A stretch of 63,984 nt of DNA, filler included, from Octopus bimaculoides (lineage: Eukaryota): the NCBI RefSeq assembly GCF_001194135.2. It is 4 parts of 4 records of this genome, joined end to end, with 100 filler letters (N's around TTAATTAATTAA, not from the genome) between each part and the next. Parts side by side here need not be neighbours in the genome. Positions count along the whole stretch, not along the records: positions 50,351 to 63,984 come from NC_068981.1; 3 more parts are not named here. The stretch is one strand, 5' to 3'. The notes below the pieces were generated by a model, which saw only the letters and a program-made list of their open reading frames with translations, was not told the origin of the DNA and ran no database searches. Below, piece after piece: positions 52,923 to 63,984 of the stretch. Position 1 is the first letter of the stretch. Every line of letters begins with the position of its first letter. Position numbers and translations under genes: made by a program.

Positions 52923-55900
52923 TGAAAAATCTTCTGTTAAATTTTACTCTCAGTTCATCTAAAGAAAACGATATTTTTACATATATAAAACTTTTTCACC
53001 GATCTCGGTTCTTAAATTGTAAATATAAAATTTTAAAGTTAAGTTAAATTAAAAATTAAAAATTAAAGATCAAAACTTAAAAAATTAAAATTTAAGGAAT
53101 TAGAGCTAGCTAGCTTCTAAGGTACTTATGTTGATAGAGAAGAAAAGGAAAGGAAAAACGTACGTATATTGTTGAAATGCACTGGGATTCGTTAAAATGT
53201 TTAACTTTTTAATTTTTAAAGACTTAACCGGTTTTGGAGATTTCTCTGATTTTCAATAGTTGAGATAAAAAGAAGTTGAGCTATGTTGCAATTGCCTTGC
53301 TTCTGGTCGGAATTCAAAAATTGTCTTGTTTTTATAGAGAGAACATAGCTCAAGTTAATGTCTGTTTTCGATACGTTTTGATCGGTCAAGTATGATCAGG
53401 TGATCAGGTTTTAAGAATATTTGTAAGTTCTCCGCTAACTCTGTTCTTTAATGCCATGTGACAATATGTTTGGTGTCCAACAACGCTAAATATGTTGTGC
53501 ATGTATGTATTTTGTGTGCGTGCGTTCGCATGTGTGTGTGTGTGCGTGCGCACGTGTGTGTGTGCGTGAGTATGTAAGCGTGAGTATATGAACATGCATG
53601 CGGTTGTGTTTGTACATGCTCACTCATGTGTATATAATTCAGCGGTTGTTACATTGATGATATACAGTTTTCATGAACGGGGGTTGAAGCAATGAAGCTG
53701 TCCAGGTTGTAAATTGTCGGCCGTGAGTGATGTGTGAGCATCACAGAACATTTTGCAACAAAAGCAATGAAAGAGAAGAGGAGGGAGAGAGAGAAATAGA
53801 GCGAAAGAGGAGAGAAACGAAAAAAAAAAACACTGAAACAAAATCGGAAACACAAATTGAAATATAGAACGGGAAAGTGTTTTGTACAGTTCATCACTTG
53901 CAGATAGTTTGCTTGTTTGTTAGATTATAATTTAAAAGGGAAAATTCCATAATTTGACAGAGTCGTTATCATAAAGAAATGTAATGTCAAATATGAAGTT
54001 ACACGCAACAGATCACCTTTGATATAAATGCTTTTAAAACTCGTTCTTCGCATCGTTGTTGGGCTTTAATTTCTGCTTTAATTATTAAATGTTTTTTCGT
54101 TTTTGTTATGGCGCTTTTGTCTAATTAAGTAATCATCATTTTAGTATATTCATTATTATTGATATTACAGTCCATTCTGTTTAATGTATGGATTTGAAAA
54201 AGAACATTATTATTTCGTGGTAATATAAAACAACGAACATTCACAAAGAGAACATAATCACAAAATAATATTATTTATTCGGAAAGGGAGAAATAAAAAG
54301 AAGATCAGAATTTCAAATTAAAAAAGAATAAAGCTAATGGTTATATTAATATCAGCATAATGTCTTCGTTCAGTATCTCTGCTGAAAAGTGGGATGAATG
54401 TTCCTTGTTCGTTTATAATGGCAAAAGCATGTAGAAAAGGTATGAGAAATCTATCGATCTATCGATCAAACACAACGAAAGTAGTCCATCATTCCGGAAC
54501 ATGATCGATAAGATACGTTACATGTTATAATTTATACTCATGTGAGAGTGGATTGATGTATATTTTATCACAAATGACATCTTTCTCTCTTCAATAGATC
54601 AGATGAGTGATAGCAACGATGGTCGCTCATTTTCCGACATGCCCCGTAATTTGTGAAAGATTTGTAATGAAAATACAAAACCCCTTACAGTGAAACAGAG
54701 GCTATTGAGCGTTCATGTTTTTTCTCCAACCATATTGGTAACCTAAATGATTTAAATTTGCTACATATGAGAATCGAAACTGGTTCAAAAAGTTGGATCT
54801 GTGGTAGATTAGATTTAGTGTACATTGCCCTCTACTACGCCATGCATATGAACCCTATGCGCCACCGAGGTGGGGTGAGAAATCTTGCGGGAAGATGAAA
54901 TCTGGCCTGCATTAAAATTTGTAACGACTTTCTAACAAAGTTTCATTCAGAAAAATATATATATTTAAAAGAACTATTTAAGGTTGAAGGCGAAGGAGTA
55001 ATATAAGAAAAGTTGCTTTGAACACCCACAAGGTATTCTCAAATTTCTCACGTAGCATTAATCACGAGTCAGAATATATATGAATTGATGACGAAGTAGA
55101 TCTTACCATTGTCACAGCCAATTATATTTCAGCATTTGTTTTCCATCCAACTCCTTCAAAAAACATTGTTTGCTGGCATTTATTGTCTTATGTGCTTTTT
55201 ATCCACGATAAATACTAAAAATGTTTGCTAGTTGCGTTGAGTTCAATAATTTTGAATCCTGGAAAATTTACAGTCCATTTGCTTACTTGCATTAAAGATT
55301 TTAAATCATCATTGTAAAGCGCAATAACTAGTATTTATAAAATTTATAAATATAATAAAGTTTCTGGCAAAAAGTCTTTGTTCAATGAAAAACGGACGTG
55401 TAAGATTTTCTTAGGAGTAAATGAAAAGTATGTAGTATATTGATAAAAAGTTTCGATTTCAGTTTTTAAAAAAATACAATATTGAAGTTCCAAGCATAAA
55501 GGATAGGATAAATTAAATGGAAATCTGTATTTAGACGGGCTATTTTTTATTTTAAAAATTCTGTCAATAGCAATCTATTTTCAAAAGACATTGATGAAAG
55601 GAATGTGAGTTGGGTAGGATAAAACTAAAGAAAGTCAAATAACACATCGAAGGTGAGTTTATTAAAGAGTGAGAAAACATCTGCTATTGTAATCCAGAAG
55701 TCAGACTGTTTGAGAAGAATAGTTTTCGGCTGTGTATTCTTTGTATTATATTCGGTAGCTGTAGATGAGACAAGAAATATAGCAAATATGGAATAGTTTG
55801 CTATAATTTATAATTTACGATATGAAATTTACTTACTTCAAAATCCATGAATAGGGCTATAATGATAATGAACATGTTCCTAGTTTTTATAGTGTGCCAT

Positions 55901-57266
55901 ACCTATAGCTTTATTCAATAAGAGTGTCGCTAACTAAATCCAAATACCTTAATAGTGCCTCGTTGCCTTATTCGTTGACAGAATTGATGTGCATATTGTC
56001 AAAGTGTTAAATAACGTGATGAAAGTGGTGAAAAAAGGTATGAACTTCGTGAAAATTAAAGGTTAAACAACAAATAATTTAAAGAATTTTAAGGGTATCA
56101 AACCGGTGATTTATGGCACCTTCTTGAAGTTCGTAGTCAAAAGATGTAATCTCAAACTTTACTCCATGTATGGAGTAAAGCTTTTAATAGGTGTTAACTC
56201 TTTGCCTGTCCTACGTATCACATGTGTCCATACATCATACATGATGCACATTCCCAATTTTTTCAAACACAAGAGTAGCTTGAGACCTTATGTTACTCCG
56301 AAGGTTGGAAATCAGAGCCAACTAAAAATCTGAAAATAAGCATGGAGGTTTAGAAAATTTCACATATGTTTTGGGCAAACAAATTAAAAGTATTTACATT
56401 AGACAATTTGAGGACCCCGGGTGATACGGGATTTGGAATTTTTGCTCGATATCACTAGCCCCATAAATGTCATCTTAGTTTGAAAGTACGAGAGCCAAAT
56501 CAGTTATTACTTCTCTTTCTAAATCAGGGACTTTGAAATAATATTGCTATTGTTCATAGCTCGAACTAAAATCAGTGGCTGATTCACTTTCTAACACTTA
56601 AAACAAGAAACCACGACCAGTGATGAAGTATATAGCAGAGCATTTCGATATTTTTTTAGTTTCAGAAGTTTCAAGATTTAGATGAAAGGCGCTCGAACTC
56701 TAAATAAGTGCAACTCCTTTTGGTGTGATGCCTTGTAATTCGAGTTAATATATTTGCAATGAGATATTTTGATATCCGAATATAATACTTTATCTATTTT
56801 GGAATTTTGTACATACCACGTCGATAAAGAAAGATATCCACTTTTTAGGAATCAGGTATTTTATTTTAGAATTTTATCGAAATTTATTCTGCTAATTTAT
56901 TCTTTTTATCAGCCTACACCCAAAATCTTTCTCCAGAGCTACAAATATTTCTATCACCCAAATCTAAATTTGTTCGCCATATACTTTTACACAATAAAAA
57001 TTTCTTTACTATAACTTTTGAATTTAATTCTAAATATTTAAGTAAAGGAGGTTCTTAGGCCCAGTTTCTATCGCTTTTCCATAATTGTTTAATTTATAAT
57101 TTTAAATACCACAAAATGTTTTTATTTCGGAGATGTACTTGCATAGCAAGTGACCTGATCTGAGATCGTGTGCTGGAACGAAAACAATTGCAACGTGGAA
57201 GGTGTTTATAAGCCATTTAAAACAACACACAAAAACTGTTAGATTCACTTCAGCATTTAAATTTAA

Positions 57267-57317
57267 TTTATCAAAATATTTTCGTCGCTTTGAGACCGCG
57301 ACCTGTTCACTGAGAAA
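57267..57317 (-). ncRNA. Non-canonical hammerhead-like motif (G3-C8 swap, extra G, UUU site)
   Basis: TTTCTCA-GTGAACA-G-GTCGC-GGTCTCAAA-GCGAC-GAA-AATATT-T^TGATAAA. Confidence 0.55.
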
Positions 57318-58194
57318 ATTCTGTTTTTATTTCGCTTAATTTAAAAGATATAAGTACTAACATTAAAGCAAAATACTAGTAAATTATTCCCCTATCGACG
57401 AGAACACTTGTTTCATTAAATAAAATGGGGAGACCTTAAGTCAGGTTGTAATTTAAGCGCATGAAACTTGAAGGTTAAAGAAAGGAATAAAATGTAAAAA
57501 TTGAGTGACTAGCTGATGAAGGTGTAGGATGAATATGTAAAAAAAAGTTTAACTTTAAGCTTAGATATTTGTGAAGATATGCATGATTGAAAAGTTTAAA
57601 AGTTTTATAGAATTTATAGCGTAAGTTATTTTTACATGAATCAAAATGTTTAATCCTTTTAAATCAAAAGACGCTGATAATATAACAAGAAAGTGAATTT
57701 TAATTAATGTTTAGCAAAATATGAAGCTCATTATATAGGATATAGTAGAAGTTATTAAGGTATGCATGGTAAAACATTGATTCGATGCCAAAAGCCATTT
57801 TTTTTTACAAATTAAATAAAGAGTAAAATCTAAATGTATTAACGAATTTTTATAAACAGAAGAGTGGACTGTAATGTGAAGCCTATGGTTATAGGAAGTT
57901 ATCTATTATCAGCTACAAATAACAAAACACCAAAATATTCCACAGAGTATAACGTTTTAATTTCAATCAAAGTTATTACCAAAGTCGAGGTCTACACCAC
58001 TTTGGTTAATATGGTTAAGAGATTGATACTGGTAATTCTTGATTAATTAGTATGCTAGTGGTTCTTGGCAAAATTTAATATTGAGTAAACTTGTCTGCCA
58101 CTTCGCTTCATCCTGAAGCTGGGTTAATAAAGAAACGACGGTGTTTAATTAGAAGACTCAACCGTGCCAAACAAAATGCAAGTAATTCATTCGA

Positions 58195-58244
<50 letters not shown>

Positions 58245-58442
58245 GTATTTATGTATGTATGTATGTATGTATGTAGGTATGTATGTATGTATGTATATGT
58301 ATATATGTATAAACCTAATACAAAAGAAACAAAGACAACAAGAGTTCATAGGACGTACATATGTGATCTTTCAGGCGGTGAACTAACCCGCTTACATTTT
58401 CTCCTGGCTCTTTTCTCTTTATCTCTTTTCCTCTCTTTTCTC

Positions 58443-58482
58443 AAGTATCTGATGAAGACCTATGTCCGAAACGTTCTAACTT
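58443..58482 (+). ncRNA. Degenerate hammerhead motif in a pLTR-like repeat (about 58330-58670)
   Basis: AAGTAT-CTGATGA-AGAC-CTAT-GTCC-GAAACGTT-CTAACTT; the core is intact but proximal stem I is mismatched. Confidence 0.5.
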
Positions 58483-58721
58483 TGTTTTCCTTCTTTAAGT
58501 GTCAACCTAATAGTATTGACTGTGAACGTCCCCTGAACATTTGTTGCTTATTTTCGCTATTTGTAACTGTTTCGCTTTATTATCACACGTTTACGTGGAC
58601 CTTCCATTTGTTTTCAACTGATAATTTCGAGTACCTTAGATCTCAGATTACGCCGAAGATTCTTCCCAAAGGATGTTACACACACATACACACACACACT
58701 CACACGCACGCACATATATAT

Positions 58722-59261
58722 ACTCTTTTACTCTTTTACTTGTTTCAGTCAGTTGACTGCGGCCATGCTGGAGCACCGCCTTTAGTCGAGCAAATTGACC
58801 CCAGGACTTATTCTTTGGAAGCCTAGTACTTATTTTATCGGTCTCTTTTGCCGAACCGCTAAGTTACGGGGACGTAANNNNNNNNNNNNNNNNNNNNNNN
58901 NNNNNNNNNNNNNNNNNNNNNNNNNNNNNNNNNNNNNNNNNNNNNNNNNNNNNNNNNNNNNNNNNNNNNNNNNNNNNNNNNNNNNNNNNNNNNNNNNNNN
59001 NNNNNNNNNNNNNNNNNNNNNNNNNNNNNNNNNNNNNNNNNNNNNNNNNNNNNNNNNNNNNNNNNNNNNNNNNNNNATATATATATATATATATATACAT
59101 ATATACGACGTGCTTCTTTCAGTTTCCGTCTACCAAATCCACTCACAAGGCTTTGGTCGGCCCGAGGCTATAGTAGAAGACACCTGCCCAAGGTGCCACG
59201 CAGTGGGACTGAACCCGGAACCATGTGGTTGGTAAGCAAGCGACTTACCACACAGCCACTC
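58722..59261 (-). mobile_element. Family A SINE, full length, gap in the central microsatellite
   Basis: Both halves match the other family A copies closely. Confidence 0.92.
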
Positions 59262-60064
59262 TATATGTATATTGTATTTGGAATATATTAATTTAGACGC
59301 TTAATTGTCTAATTAAGTTAACATGACATTAACAATTTAGAGCCCTTTCAAAAACGACTACTAATTTTTTATTATAAGTCCAAATTTATTAATATTATGA
59401 TTATTATGACTACACTGGTGTATGCCTATATTTATAGTTAATGTTTCAACGTTTATATATATTCGTCTATACATAGGAGTATGAATCAGAGAATAAGTAC
59501 AATAGTTCATGCACACATAACACGCATATACATACACACAATGGAGGGGAATATGAGGTACTCATCAACTTGCAGACACTGTATTCCGTTGATTAATCTG
59601 TTTATTTCATAACTAAAATGACGTCATTTTGTTTATAAAATTTTCTTATTGCTATATAAATTTAGGGTTAAAAAAAACCTTTTACCCGCACCCACTTATT
59701 GCACTTGGTATAACACTAGTGTAACAATAATTGGGTACCCTCCCAGCAGTATATTGGATATATATTATCCCTTAGTGGGTTGGATCCTCAACCCCTAACT
59801 CTCTTGAAATATATATATATATATATATANNNNNNNNNNNNNNNNNNNNNNNNNNNNNNNNNNNNNNNNNNNNNNNNNNNNNNNNNNNNNNNNNNNNNNN
59901 NNNNNNNNNNNNNNNNNNNNNNNNNNNNNNNNNNNNNNNNNNNNNNNNNNNNNNNNNNNNNNNNNNNNNNNNNNNNNNNNNNNNNNNNNNNNNNNNNNNN
60001 NNNNNNNNNNNNNNNNNNNNNNNNNNNNNNNNNNNNNNNNNNNATATTCACATACATACATATA

Positions 60065-60100
<36 letters not shown>

Positions 60101-60146
60101 TGTATGTATGTATGTATGTATGAATGTATGTATGTATATAAATGAT

Positions 60147-60627
60147 TTGAGCGTCAATATCTTTATACCACCAGACAGCAGCAAGAAGGCATTCGTATAA
60201 ATCATCTATAAGGCTATGCAATAAGCTAACAAAGTAACAAACGTTCTCAAATAAGATTCATATAAGCCTGAAATCAATGAAGAAGAGCGTAAAAGCCGAT
60301 TTGCGGACACCTAACCAATCCACATCCTCAGGAATGAACGTAATGAATATTGGAGCAACATCAGAGCCAGAATCCCATTTTAATAGGTAGAATGGGTGCA
60401 TTATGAACAAGCTATCCTAATATTCATTAAGTTTTCATTCTTGAATTGATTGATTCATTGAGTATCTCCAAATCGATATACTTTTCCCTTTTCAATTGAT
60501 TCCAGATTTCTATGGATCCTGGTTGGGAATGTTTGCTACCTTTATTAGCTTGTCGCATAGCCTTATAAATAATTTATATCCATGGCCTCTTGTTGATGTC
60601 TAGTGGTATAAAGATATTGATTGTCAA
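60147..60627. repeat. Imperfect palindrome or fold-back element (about 480 bp)
   Basis: TCAATATCTTTATACCA at 60154-60170 pairs with 60604-60620. The arms align inward to the central hairpin CCCATTTTA-ATAGG-TAGAATGGG at 60374-60396. Confidence 0.85.
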
Positions 60628-60663
60628 GTTCTTTCTATGTATATGTATGAAGAAATACGCGTA

Positions 60664-60701
<38 letters not shown>

Positions 60702-60747
60702 TGTGTGTGTGTGCATATCATATATATTATATATATATATATGTGTA

Positions 60748-60806
<59 letters not shown>

Positions 60807-60946
60807 ACGTATTCAATCAGTCATGCACGTATTCATAGATAAATGCATGTATCTATACTATGTACAGATACATACATAAACGTTTATACATACACATAGT
60901 CATTATAAACATAATCATAAACCATCATATTAATGATAATAGTACG

Positions 60947-61003
<57 letters not shown>

Positions 61004-61275
61004 TAACAAAGAATTAGCAATTTTCTTTCAACGGTCTCTAAATCATTAATGCCGTGTTAATTTAGTTAGACACACCAGACATACATAATTCATATTCTAT
61101 GCATCTGTACCTTTTTTCTAATTACCCGAAATAAATACTGATGAAGCAAGTATACACACTTGTGGAGATCTGAAATACACTTGTTCGAGTTTCACGATGC
61201 TTGTAAATGAATTAAGCATAAATGGGTGATTCGTTGGAGTTTGAGCACAATTCGGTAAATTATGCACATAGAGAC

Positions 61276-61387
<112 letters not shown>

Positions 61388-63064
61388 ACATATACTGGCG
61401 CACATTCACAGACATATCTAATGTGCATAATGATCGATATACGTATACAGGCGTGAACACATATATATGCGTACATAAAGGTATGGGTGTATATTCGAAT
61501 ATATTCTTTGTTATTTCGTTGAAGATCAAAATAAATGTATGCATGTATGTCATTATTCAATTTTATTTCAAGATTTCTGGCCAATAGAGAAAGAGTCTGT
61601 TTGTAACCTAGATCCAAGGCTCCATTATTGGAATTTCAACATCAACAGAGTATTTTTGTTTGTTTGTATGTATGTATGCAGATTTGTATGTTTTGTTTTA
61701 TGTATGTATGCTCATGCATATAGTTACGTATCTAGACATGCTCATATATACTTCAATGATAGACTTCTGGAAAGTTTTACAGATATTTACAGTTCCAATG
61801 ATGGTTTGTATCTATAGTCTTCGTATCAGCTTTCTCCTTTCTGATTTTCAGAAAACTAATTTCTAAAGATTGGTATTTAGGCAGTATGTTATGTATCCAG
61901 TACACCCAATAATTACAGATATAAACCTGAACTTATAATCTGGATAGAGTAGTTGTATGTATGTATGTATGTATGTTTTATGTATGTACGTAAGTATACA
62001 TGTATATACCTATGTACGTATGTCTATGTACACATATATACGTGTGTATGTGCGCGTGCGTGCGTGTGTATATATGCATATACATACTTATATATGTATA
62101 AATGCTTTAATATAATTATAGAGTGTTTCTCAAAGCTCCTGCGCAGATATCGGTTACCAAAAGCTATCATATAGAGAGACTTCTGTCACTGGATATACAC
62201 GTTGAAATCCGTAAATACCGTAGAGTATATATATATATAGAAATATCAATAAGAGAAGATGGATTGAATACACTTTATTACATACCACTACAATTGTTTC
62301 AACACATCATTGCCAGCTCTTCATTGTTGAATATTACATATATTATAAGCAACATTGCATTAATTAATATCACTCAGCAATAATAATATATGTACTGCAG
62401 GTGAGTAGACTAAAAAGTTTTGTTATGTTATATCTTGATTATTTACACTAAACACCTAGATCGTCATACTATCTTTTGCATTCTACATGCAAAGAATACA
62501 AATGACAAAATGAAAACACAAACAAAACAAACGAAAGGAAATAAAGAACAAAGAAATAGCATATTCATTCATAATTCTAGATGAATTAATACAAATATAA
62601 AATCTTATTAATATGAAAGTGTATCTGTAGGTTCCATAAACCTTTTAAAAAAGTTAAATTTAAATACACGGCGGAAACTTAACCCAATATATATATATAT
62701 ACACAAACATACATATATAAATACTTTATTTGTGGGTTAACCAGGCTACCATTGGTTGTATGTCGAGAGGACTTTGGTGTTCGTTTCCATCTTGGCTAAA
62801 ACACGATAAAATCACCATGAATAAGGAATATTTATTCACTGTCCTTATTAATGTCTGATATTGTTGGCATTATGAGAATTGGTAGACTTTCGAGAAAATG
62901 TTAAAAAATTCCTTTTTTGGGGGGGGGGGGAGCTAGATCTCGAAGCACATTTAAAGCTATAAATAATTGCATGTAGATATTTGGTTGAAAATCACTTATT
63001 GATAGAAATATTTGAAAGCAACCCGTGAGACTCAAACCCTCATCATTTGTACATATGACAAGAG

Positions 63065-63288
63065 AGAATTGTATGCCGTTGACGTCATAAGAATATATAC
63101 ACTTCGGACAGTAAAAAAAAAGTATTTTCGAATTTCCCAGTCAATTTTCCAAACTTCATTCTTGCCAGTCAAGGCTACTCATGGAACTGGTAAGAATGAA
63201 GCTTTTAAAGTCGATAAAGAAGTTCGAAAAGCACCATTACACTCTCGAAAGTTTAGAAATTCTTGTGACGTCAACAATATACAATTCT
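63065..63288. repeat. Imperfect palindrome or fold-back element (224 bp)
   Basis: Outer GAATTGTAT..GTTGACGTCA.AAGAAT arms and an inner 16-bp stem (63154-63169 with 63186-63201) around a 16-nt loop. Confidence 0.85.
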
Positions 63289-63943
63289 TGCTGGTTAGAA
63301 TAAAGTTATGGTTAGAAAATCGAAAAAAAATTCGAAGGACTGTTTTGATCCAATGGTGGAACGTCTGTCATGTCTACAAGATATGTAGGTTCGAGTCCAC
63401 AACCCAATATTTAAGTGCTGTATTTGTAGTTTTATCTGTTTTTCGACATCCAGTTCCAAAATATATTCATACATATATATATATATAGTGGAAAATTTAC
63501 AGAAAAACAAAAGATGAAGACAGATTACGCTCTTCAACAGAAAGGGAATAAAAAAACTTGTGGAGAAGACGAAAAGAAGAAACGGAGAGAGAAAGGCAAA
63601 GTAACAACGTACGGAATAGGAAAAAAAGAGAAACTTCAAACAATTTCAGACATCGTAGTATACTGGAGCAACTTTCCATCACCGGAAGAGTCCAGTAAAA
63701 TCTGTGAATGTATATCCAGTGGTAAAATAGGGGAAGTGCTGATATATATATATATATATATGCTAACGCTCACTCACACGCATATATATACACATACATT
63801 CATTCACACATACTTTCATGAAAGACATATACACTTGATGTTATGCAAAAAAAATATTTGATTCTGTAGAATTAGTAATGCTAACTAAATAACAGTTCAG
63901 TGTTTGTGTCAATCACAACAGCAAGCATATCTAAATTTGCTGT

Positions 63944-63984
<41 letters not shown>

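Noticed and set aside
55220-55258. GFKIIELNATS, resembling the RFC/ATAD5 AAA+ motif
   Set aside because: An in-frame stop follows within four codons, with no donor site before it.
61138-61185. CTGATGA..GAAA with an internal CAAGT/ACTTG hairpin
   Set aside because: There is no stem I pairing and stem III is weak.
62666-62690. Solo mariner-like TIR (CGGCGGAAACTTAACCCAATA) similar to 38578-38610
   Set aside because: It is short, has an internal deletion, and has no partner TIR or coding relic nearby.

Overview
AT-rich animal genomic DNA from a gappy short-read scaffold. It is probably octopus: the SINE families and the extreme TA/CA/GATA/ATT microsatellite load fit Octopus, but this is inference from recalled repeat sequences. 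I find no confident intact protein-coding gene, and nearly all long ORFs in the track are microsatellite or N artefacts. The window is intronic or intergenic and contains: several tRNA-derived SINE families; Tc1 and mariner relics and MITEs; Penelope-like elements (GIY-YIG relic, inverted pseudo-LTRs); R4/Dong-type LINE fragments; a Helitron-like end; large fold-back palindromes; two pre-miRNA-like hairpins; and one GC/CpG-rich island at about 44.9-45.5 kb. The most striking signal is at least seven minimal type I hammerhead-ribozyme motifs plus one half motif. Two look structurally intact. One is a non-canonical variant with a compensatory G3-C8 core swap and an extra core nucleotide. All structures were read and paired by eye; nothing was computed or searched.
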